A DNA stretch of 64,000 nucleotides, taken from contig NW_021833043.1 in the NCBI RefSeq assembly GCF_006345805.1, forward strand, positions 23,039 to 87,038, in the 5' to 3' direction. Made by a program: the position numbers and the translations under genes. The notes beneath the pieces were generated by a model. That model was not told the origin of the DNA. It worked only from the letters and a program-made list of their open reading frames with translations, and searched no databases. Source of the stretch: Octopus sinensis. Its lineage: Eukaryota. Shown piece after piece: positions 54,079 to 64,000 of this stretch; within the stretch, counting starts at the first letter, position 1, and each line of letters begins with the position of its first letter.

Positions 54079-55899
54079 GTGTGTGTGTATGCAAGTGTGT
54101 ACATAAACACACCTTTGCCAGGTATGTTTGTGATTTTGCAAGTGATGAATAACATTAATTCACTCCAAAGTGGAGGCAGGTGGAAAGAAATATAAGGTTG
54201 TAATAATCAAAAACAGTAATTAATGTAATGTATTAACTACTACACTACACATAAAATTTACAGGTGTAACATGTATAATCAGGCCATACCAAGGTTTCAC
54301 ATGGAAAACTCAACGGTATGACACTGATATTTATAGATGGCAATTAAGATGCTGATAAGAAACACAATATGGATTTAATCCTCAAATTTCCTACACACAT
54401 ACACATATATATACATAGTTATACATGTACATATGTATTTTGGTATACGCATACAAACATATATGTACACATACATACAAAATATATTTACATATATTTA
54501 CAAATACATGTAGATACAGTCACAAAAATTACAAGAAAATACGTGTACAAAGTACAAGTATACGTAGCCAGACAGATACATACACACAAAAAAAAAACAT
54601 GTACATATAAACATACAAATATAATAGATACCTACATGAATATATAGATATATGCACAGATATGGATACATATATACATATATACATAATTATATGCAGA
54701 AGAAAAATTTAGAAAAGAAATAACAGAGAAGATAAAATGTGACCCATTAAAATCATATTGGTATGCAATATATATATTTATGTGCATTTAAGAGTATGTA
54801 TATGTATATATACTACTTTCTCAGTTATACAACTAAAGCCTCTAATTACATGACTGAAAGTTGTCAGGGTCTCCTTGGTGTTGTGATTTTCAAGATTCTC
54901 CAGCAATAAGAAGACTTGTGGGTCAATTCCTGCAGGAAATTTTCATCTACTTTCTTTTCCATCTAAAGGGTATTTTTATCTGATATTATGAGCTATTATT
55001 TAGCACTTCATTTCAGTAGAATCTCACAAAGTCTAATACTTTAATTTCTCAGAGCTTCAAATGAATCCAAATGTGTGTGTGTGGATGGAGAGGAGGAGTG
55101 CGACGTCCACTTCCCAACCACGGGGTTTCAAGTTGTAGCACCTTGGGCAAATGTCATCTACGCAGAAGCCCCAGACTGACCACAGCCTGGGGACCAGGTT
55201 TGGTAGACAGAAACTGTCTTATATGTATGTATGTGTGTGTGAGTGCATGCACATGTTTGTGTGTATGTGTTTGTCTTCTTGCATTGACATTGTATGATAG
55301 TTGTAAGCGAGCATCATCATCATCATCATACAAGTGGTACCAATCATTCCAAATCTTCCATGGAAACACTCCAAGCTAAGTGGGAACATTCACTGGCTTG
55401 GAAACAGGTGGTGGATCACTGAGGTACGGAAGAACCTGCCTTGCCTAATCCTTTCACAGCTGTATAAGAACGGAAAAATGTACATTGACCATCCTGGTCC
55501 TGCATTAGTTGTGTTCAGTTGACCTGCTCAAAAACAGCCATTCTTTGATAACCATAGCAGTAGATCACAGGCCAGCTCTTGTTAAACCCACTGGTAATGT
55601 CCCACATAGCATAAGTACCTTTGCCTTATGATGTTGGGAACAGGCAGGAAATCTCCATACAGCCGTTTCTTGATTCCATACAGTTGTTTAAGGATGAGGA
55701 AAAACTGAAGGCTACTAGGGGAGATATATATATATTTTTTTTTTATCTAGTTTCATCTCATGAGCTGAGGCCATGCTGGGGCACCGCCATTGAAAAAGTG
55801 TGTAAGACAGCGCCAGTGGTTTCAAGGTAGGAAATCTTCGATGAGAGTTCAGAGTGAGCGAAGTAACCACGCGGCTAAGCCCACATCATTTGCATTATT

Positions 55900-56166
55900 T
55901 ACATTATTTACATTTGATGAATATTTGTCCTCATTCTTGTTTGTTGTTACAACAACGTTTCGGCTGATAGGCAGTGACCTGAATAATAATGATAATAATA
56001 ATAATATTAATAATATTAATAACATTGAAAAATACCTTGGTAATGAGAACCCAGGTTCGAAATTTCCCCCAAGACACCTGATGAAGGCTGGAGGGTGTCT
56101 CAGCCGAAACATTGTGTTAACAACTAACAAGATGAGGACAAATATCCATCAAATGTAAATAATGTA
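55900..56166. mobile_element. Inverted Penelope-like terminal-repeat pair
   Basis: 55900-55967 is inverted at 56100-56166. The right part contains the ctgatgaaggc...gccgaaac motif typical of Penelope pLTRs. Confidence 0.65.
56073..56118 (+). ncRNA. Hammerhead-like motif in a Penelope-like terminal repeat
   Basis: GACAC-CUGAUGA-A-GGCUG(gagggugucu)CAGCC-GAAA-CA-UU/GUGUU. The inverted partial copy at ~55950-55967 retains gaaacgtt, so this copy has lost the CG of stem III. Confidence 0.55.
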
Positions 56167-56664
56167 CATAATTCTTCATCTCTTAAATATAGAACTATAT
56201 TAGTGGAGATATGTTATCCACTACCACAACACAAGGAAACATTGTCAGTGATCAGTCTCAGTACTGCGTGGTTTGTCCAGTAGGTCCAAGACATTGTCAA
56301 ATATGACTCCCAATGAATTGTCAAAGGCCATCAATGCACAGCTCATGTAACTGAAAACAAATTCGTTAAAATGCCAGACCCTTTTTGTGACTTTTGGCCT
56401 GTCTTATGGGATGAGTTCTCCAAGATGTGTTTAAGACTGCTTTTAACATTCAAGTGTAAGGAGGGGAATAAAACAACAAATACATCTAGTTCTCTACAAA
56501 CAACTACGCCTATTTGGAGGTTATGTGAAAGTGCACTCAGCCAAATGAGATCAGAATGGGAAACATATAATGGGTTTTGTTGGGGGGGTTTTTTCCGCCC
56601 CCAGTGGTTGGGGGGGAGAGTGCAATTCTGCAGTGCTTTTTGCAGTGCTTTTGCAGGATCTTAC

Positions 56665-56748
56665 CAGGCCTCATTCGTGTGGGACTTCGCGATGGGCTAC
56701 TGGTGGCGGACGAAAAATCTCCGAAATCACCGATACCGTCGACTACAA
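56665..56748 (-). CDS. Candidate 84-nt phase-1 symmetric cassette exon, probably of endophilin-A
   Basis: ttttattttcttcctgtcacattgtgacaccag|TT...CCTG|gtaaga. (V)VVDGIGDFGDFSSATSSPSRSPTRMRP(G). A second in-frame AG 6 nt downstream would give 78 nt (start 56742). Confidence 0.68.
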
Positions 56749-56886
56749 CTGGTGTCACAATGTGACAGGAAGAAAATAAAACAAGCATGCTCATGAATAT
56801 GATTACATAACCAATTCAATGTCCATAAGTCAGTGGTGGGGGGGGTGAAAAACACACAGGCTCTATCTGAACAATAGAGCAGTTAC

Positions 56887-56939
<53 letters not shown>

Positions 56940-56999
56940 TGGTCAGTATGCTACTGGTTATGACGAATAACAAGTTAAAATGTTACCATCAGTTTCACA

Positions 57000-57655
57000 T
57001 GGACAATTACACTTGGCAATATTCTTTTCTTTTCTAGATACAGAGCTCCAAGTTTTTAGGAATGGGGCCAGTCGATTAGATTGACTCTAGTACTTGACTG
57101 GTACTTAATTTCTCAACCCCAAAAGGATGAAAGTCAAAGTTCCTCGGCGGAATCTGAACTCAGAACATAAAGACAGATGAAATACCTATTTCTTTATTAC
57201 CCACAAGGGGCTAAACATAGAGGGGACAAACAAGGACAGACATAGGTATTAAGTCGATTACATCGACCCCAGTGCGTAACTGGTACTTAATTTATCGACC
57301 CCGAAAGGATGAAAGGTAAAGTCGAACTCGGCGGAATTTGAACTCACAACGTAACGGCAGACGAAATACCGCTAAGCATTTCGCCAGTCTTTCTAACATT
57401 TCTGTCAACTCGCTGCCTTACACTCGGCAATATTCCTTTCTACTCGAGGCAGCAGGGCCTGAACTTTTGGGGAAGGAGGCCAGTCGATTAAATCGACTCC
57501 AGTATGCAACTGGTACTTAATTTATCGATCCCGAAAGGACGAAATGCAAAGTCAACTTCGGCGGAATTTGAACTCAGAACATAAAGATAGAGGAAATACT
57601 GCTAAGCATTTCGCCCGCCGTCATAACGATTCTACCAGCTCACCGCCTTACACTT
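57000..57655 (-). mobile_element. SINE family A cluster
   Basis: Same consensus, including one nested variant. Confidence 0.85.
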
Positions 57656-57792
57656 GGCAATATTGAAGATTAGCTGCTCATAAATATTACTAAGTACAAA
57701 AATCCATGTAAAACCGTCGGTAACGTTTTGACCAGTGATATGTCATAACCAGTAAATGCACTGCTCACAGATATATAAAACCAACACACACA

Positions 57793-57846
<54 letters not shown>

Positions 57847-58691
57847 ACCCCTACACACACTGATATTTGTATTTACTTATAGTCTGTACTTATTTATGCT
57901 TTGTTTTACACTAGTGTGAAAATTTTCTCTATAGAGCAAACTTATTTTACTTTATGAATATGTAGAGCCTAAAGTACGTGTGTGTACATGTGAATATACG
58001 TAGGTGCATATGTGAGTATGAGGGTATATTTATGTAAGTATATGTCTACATACGCGTATGGTTACTTTGTATCAATGTGTGCATGCAGATATGTGTATAT
58101 CTATGAGTGCATGTGTGTTAATGTATATATATATATATGTTAGAATGGTAAAATGATTGATAGTGAAAGAATTATCTCCCTTGGATACTATGTCATGAAC
58201 AAGCACCAAACTACAGAAGATTGACGAAGATTTCCTGATATACATAGATGTGTGTGTGTGTGTGTTCATGTGTGTGCGCGCGCATGTGTATGTGTGCGCA
58301 TATATAGGCTAACAATTATATACGTACATTCTCATGTACTTATAATATACACACATATACAGATATAGACATGTGTGTGTGTGGTGTGTAGACATATGCA
58401 TACATGCACATATTCATACATATACATATACAAATGCACAAATATACATATACACACACAAACTATATATATTTGTACACACACATATATATATGTACGC
58501 ATACATATATACATACACATATAAACACATATACATATATATACACACATATACTTATAAACATATTTATATAAATATACACACACACAACTGTACATAC
58601 ATACATATTACACACACACACATATATATATATTATATATATATATATATAATATGTATATATATATATATTATATATATATTATATATAT

Positions 58692-59310
58692 AATTCATAA
58701 ATGAGGGCAACGGAAAAAAATTCTAATGCCAAATATGCCGAAAAATTGGACATATTGTCCATTAACCACTTTTTTTTTTTTCGAAAAGAATCTTATCTTC
58801 ACATTTGATATAAATTTAAGCGCTCACTTCCGAACTAACTAACTCACTCCGTGAGAGCCTCAGTTCAAATCGCACGTGCCTCGAATGAACTGGAGTATTT
58901 CTATTTTGGATGTATTTGGGGCACTTAGTTGTGCCCATGACTTAGTGTTTGCTTCTTCCATGGATGTGAGTAAGTATCTCATTTATTTCTTTTGCCACAT
59001 GTATCACTGAAGAAGAGAGGGCTCTTAGTAGCTAACTCTGAAATCGGTCCGATGTTGTAATAATGGAATTTTTTAGAAATTTCTGTCGACCTTTTTTCGA
59101 GTAGCGTGCGTATTGTGAAAAAATTATATGGTTAATGGACAATATTTCCAATTTTTCGGCATATTTGGCATTAGAAATTTTTTCCTTTGCCCTCATTTAT
59201 GAATTTGACCGTTAAAGGTATTTTTTAATATGCTGGCCATTGATAAAAAATTTCTTCAAGAAAATATATATTTTTTTTTTTCGAAAAGATTTTATCCTCA
59301 CATTTGTATA
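58692..59310. mobile_element. TA-embedded repeat family member with inverted arms (related copies at ~10815-11020 and ~62040-62210)
   Basis: aattcataaatgagggcaa...ttaacca (58692-58767) is inverted at 59129-59205. The same sequence occurs at 10930-11020, and a diverged hairpin copy at 62058-62208. Confidence 0.75.
59002..59054 (+). ncRNA. Hammerhead-like motif, partly decayed
   Basis: UAUCA-CUGAAGA-AGAG...CUCU-GAAA-UCGG-UC/CGAUG. Core and stem II are intact; stems I and III each carry a transition. Confidence 0.55.
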
Positions 59311-59312
59311 TA

Positions 59313-59343
<31 letters not shown>

Positions 59344-59440
59344 TATAACATATATATTATATTATATACCATATATATTATATATATATATATATATATA
59401 CACATATATATTATATATATATAATATATATATATATACA

Positions 59441-59487
<47 letters not shown>

Positions 59488-59490
59488 TAT

Positions 59491-59525
<35 letters not shown>

Positions 59526-60715
59526 TATATATACACATATATATATATATATATATACATACATACACATGTACATATGTACACACACATATAATTAGAC
59601 ACACACATATATAGACATGTACATACATATACAAAAGTTGCACATATGTAATATACTCAGTTGAAAAAAAAAAAAATGAATTAACTGAGAATATCCTTGC
59701 AATTAGTACACAAAACTCCCTCTAGTTGGGTTGAGTATCTACAAAGAAATTACATGACAGGTGAGGGAAGTAACTCCAACAGATTCATTTCAGTGGAAAT
59801 TCTGGAAAATAGAGAAAAATACAGTAACGGGAGCGAAGTTGGTTTGTGGGTTTATTGGTAGAAATATACCTTGTTTGGTTGAACTGACGAAGATGTGCTT
59901 GTGTGTGTGCATATGTATATGTGTGTGTGTGTGTGTGTGTACACATGCCTGTCTATATGTCAGGTGATGGTTTGTTCACTGAGACAACTCATGAAGGCCT
60001 TTGTCCACCATGTTCCAACATAAACACTCAGACATCTATCTTGCATACATGGACATGTAGTTAAAGAAGTGCACTTTGTAAGCTAAGCAGATCCTACGGT
60101 CAAACCCACCATGTGGCACCATAGACAATCGGTTCTTGCCATAACAACTGCACTGACTCAAACCTTGTGAGTGAAGCTGGATAGACAGAAACAGTGTTGA
60201 AGCTATCTCACACACACACACACACACAACACACACAGATATCATCATCATCATCATCATCATTTAATGTCCATTTTCTATGCATGCATGGGTAGGAGAA
60301 TTGGTAGGAGCCGGTCAGGTAGAAATACTACCCTAGGCTACTGTGTCTATTTTGGCAGGGATTTTACAGCTGGATGCCCTTCTTAACACCAACCACTCTG
60401 CAGAGTCAACTCAGTGCTTTTCACGTGGCACTAGCACAGGTGAAATTAGTTTTGACAAGATTTTCACAGCTGGATACCTTTCCAGACACTAAACACATTG
60501 CAAGCACTGGCTGGGTAACCAAGTAACTAACAAGGAATTATATATATATATAGATAGATAGATAGATAGATAGATAGACAGATAGGTAGATAGATAGATA
60601 GATAGATAGCTATACATAATAGCTAAAAAGGACAAAACACTTGGAGTCCTAGTAATCTGTTACAACACTTATCTAGCGTATCTAATCATTTAGATCACGT
60701 ATGAACTAAACCCCT

Positions 60716-60758
<43 letters not shown>

Positions 60759-61634
60759 TATATACATACACATATACACATATATATACACATGTGTGTG
60801 TGTGTGTGTGTCTTTGTGTATGTGTTAGTTCCCTCACACCATTTGACAACCTGTGTTAGTTTGTTTTCATTCCTGTCACTTGACAGCTCAGCAAAATAGA
60901 TCTGATGAAACAAATACCACACTTAAAAACATAGGCATGGAGGTTGATTTATTTGCCTATAATCCTTGAAGGCAGTGCACCAAAGGCCGAATCAAGTTAA
61001 AAAAAAAAAAAGAAACAAAAGGTAGATTAATTCAGCTACCCCTTTGTGCCCTCATTCAAGATTCCTGGCTTCGAACCAAGGGTAAAAAAATTTGATGATC
61101 ATTATTTAAAATTAACAGGTGTATGAATAGCAATATAATGTTACCTCTCTAATGTACACTGAATTGTTGGCATGTGGCCTAATTGAGTGCTAATTGGAGC
61201 ACGTGTAACCTTTGCAAATTATAAAATACACTAAACGGTCCTTAATTTCTGATCTAACAACAGCTATGATTCAGCACTAAGTAATTATTACAAACAAAAC
61301 TCGTTAAATGCATTAATTAATGCTTTCTATTTAATGATATTTTCATACCAATGTCAATGAAGAAATATCTTGCATTTTTTTTTCTTTTTTTTTCTTTTCT
61401 TTTATGTTCTGCTTTTGAATTCTGCAAAGGTCATTTTTGCCTTAAGCCCTCAATGGTATAAGGGCAGAAATTATTTTTAAGTGTATAAGGGCTCGGCTGA
61501 TTAGAGTAAGTCTAGCATTTTGCTTTATGGACACCTCTTTTCTTGATTTCCAAAAGGTTAAAAGAAAAATTTTGACCAGCAGCAGAAATTGAACTCTGAA
61601 CAATGTAGAATCTAACTAACCACCACCGCCATAA

Positions 61635-61807
61635 AACACGCTAGAAAGAACAGCTAGGTTCTATAACCACAAAATTAGGGATAAAATCAGAAACCAACTT
61701 GTTCAGGAAACTACATGGTAAAATGTTTTTATTTTTTCATTTCGTTCCTGTTGGATTTTATCTCTAATTTTGTGGTTATAGAACCTAGCTGTTCTTTCTA
61801 GCGTGTT
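61635..61807. repeat. Hairpin with 54-bp arms (one mismatch)
   Basis: aacacgctagaaagaacagctaggttctataaccacaaaattagggataaaatc (61635-61688) is inverted at 61754-61807. Confidence 0.9.
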
Positions 61808-62599
61808 GAATCCCATGAGTGCATTCTTTATGTGTTTAAATGTACACTGTATTTTATGAGTAATACATAGTCTTTGGACTTAATTTTTACATGCTAGGCC
61901 ACTGGAAGTGAAAATTTCTATTAATTTCCATTTCCCTTTGATATGATATATATATATATACTTCTAATATAAGGATAGAATTTTATTAAAATATTTTATC
62001 AGTGGCCAGTATATGTAAAACATGTTTTAAGGTGAAATTTTAAATACAATTATAAATAAGGGCAAAAAAAAAATTCTCTTTGCCAATATGCTGAGAAACA
62101 GATGCTAATTTGGCACGTGGTGTAAGAATGCAAATGAAAATATTTTATGTGGTTACACGATTTAGCATCTATTTTTCAGCATATTGGCAAAGAAAGTTTT
62201 TTGCCTTCATTTCTATACACACACACTCATATAGCATAAATGAGTTTAAGGGGAAAAACTATCCTGGTGGTTACTGGATTTCCTGTCAACTCGTTTTCAG
62301 ATGCCGGCTAACCACAATGGTCTGTATATCATATATGAGCTAACAATGAGTTGTTTGGCCCTAGTAACTTCTCTGGCTGGGTAATCCCATATGTCCTGTT
62401 CAAGACTGCACATGTTCCATTGAGTAATTAATAACATTATCAATTATTCCTTATCATTATTAATGTTTTATTTACACACACACACACACACATATATAAT
62501 TATATTAAGGCCATTACTATACATAAATGCCTCATGCTACGAGGGACTCTTAAAGTCAAAACTACCATAATAAATAAACACGCTAACTACTTGATAAAT

Positions 62600-62836
62600 T
62601 CTTATAAAGATTTTATCCTATTTTTCAATTGTATATATATGCCATGATAGATCGTTAGCTCCTACATGCATTTTTTTCTCTCTTTGTTTTTTTCTGTGTA
62701 TCTTTCTGTCGAAGAGCATAGGCTCGAAATGTAAATGACTTGTTCTATTTCTATTCCTGAGCGCCATACTAATACATTTGTTTGTTTGTACTCCACCCGC
62801 CTTCGTCTTTTGTTTATTTTCGTAAACCTTCCCGTT
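62600..62836 (+). mobile_element. Penelope-like terminal repeat remnant
   Basis: Contains tcttt-ctgtcga-a-gagc(atag)gctc-gaaa-tg-ta, a degenerate hammerhead-like fold, and ends in (TA)n. Confidence 0.4.
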
Positions 62837-62845
62837 ATATATATA

Positions 62846-63204
62846 TGTAGAGGGTTTGTTGGACACAGCGTGAGACGACTGTTGTTATCGCTAGGCCTAA
62901 CTCATCGTAAAGTCAATACCACCATGACTGATATCCAATCTACAGTGGAGAAGGCTAGCCTCTGGATTTGGTTAAAAAGAGACGATGAGCGATGGCTAGA
63001 AGGATATTGAGTTTAACTTTATAACCAGCTGATCTAGCAAGCGGGGCCTCATATCAGTGAGGTGGGGGGGGGGCGCATTGATGTCGTCGAGAGGTAGGCC
63101 CCGAAACGGAGCGCATTCTCTCCTGATGACCCCATACACTTGCTGGCTTCCGGTATACGGACCTCATGACTGGTAGCACTTGCATGTGCAAGTTGTTTGC
63201 AAGA
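62846..63204 (+). mobile_element. 5'-truncated RLE-type non-LTR retrotransposon (Hero-like): C-terminus + 3' UTR
   Basis: CRGFVGHSVRRLLLSLGL...VEKASLWIWLKRD* matches the (EVG)CRGF...EKAS.W.W C-terminus of Hero-like restriction-like-endonuclease LINEs. A GC-rich 3' UTR follows. (TA)n on both sides. Confidence 0.65.
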
Positions 63205-63918
63205 CATATATATATACACACACACACACACACAGACACACACACATGTATATACATGTATATATACACTCACACATAAGCACACTCATACACCATGGTG
63301 CCTGACTCAGAAGGAGTTTGGAAAAGACTTAGGCTTTCATTAATCAGATGTTGTTTAATATGGCTGCTCTCTTGTGATTGCAGTCAATAGTCTCATGTGT
63401 GTGTGTGTTGTGTGTGTGTGTGTGTGTGTGTGTGTCAAATATGCAGGAAATATGTGTATTGCTGCATATGTAATTAATATAGGAAAGACTATGTGTGTAT
63501 ATGCATGTGCATATATATATATATATTATATATATATATATAAATATATTACCATCCTTTACATGTGTGTGTGTGTGTGTCTGCGCATGTTCATTTATGT
63601 AGGAGTGTATGTATATAAATATATCGCTGTCCTTTACTTACTGTGTGCATATGTTAGTATATGTAAGACTGTACATGTATATACACATAAACACACGTAT
63701 CTATATATACCCACTAACACACCTTAAAAGTGTGAATGGGTGCAGATAGATATGTGTGCTTATGTTGTATGTTTATGTGCATGTGTGAGTGTGCGTGTGT
63801 ATGCGTATGATGTGTGTGCATGTGTGCCAGTGGCTTTGTGTCTGTTTGCATATATATATATATGTATATATATATATTATATATATTATATATATATTAT
63901 ATATATATATATTTATAT

Positions 63919-63992
<74 letters not shown>

Positions 63993-64000
63993 AAATGAGG

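Noticed and set aside
54850-54965. MEKKVD... resembling endophilin EMERKVD
   Set aside because: The similarity is limited to 6 residues, a stop follows, and no donor was found.
63049-63190. GC-rich island with RMRS motif as a third cassette exon
   Set aside because: No acceptor or donor. Better explained as the 3' UTR of the plus-strand RLE retrotransposon.

Overview
Eukaryotic, AT-rich, microsatellite- and SINE-dense genomic DNA. The repeat landscape is typical of an octopus (coleoid cephalopod); this is an inference, not a database result. The window holds the 3' part of a minus-strand endophilin-A gene (N-BAR + SH3). Four exons splice in frame with matching phases: 8165-8265, 7082-7185, 3727-3902 and 636-829. 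The N-terminal BAR exons were not found and presumably lie beyond base 64000. In the >55 kb region upstream I found three unannotated, frame-preserving, phase-1 symmetric exon candidates. Two are paralogous cassettes (84 nt at 56665-56748 and 72 nt at 53343-53414; motif G-F-G-D...S-P-x-[KR]-S-P-x-R-M-R), and the third is a 3-nt microexon (28332-28334). The introns also contain several hammerhead-ribozyme-like motifs. One has an intact core on the sense strand, and most of the others sit in or between inverted repeats, including a perfect 208-bp palindrome. Other content: hAT, Tc1/mariner, piggyBac-like and Helitron-like non-autonomous elements, RTE and RLE (Hero-like) LINE remnants, three or more SINE families with strong strand polarity, and a 29-bp satellite. 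All calls were made by eye, with no searches run.
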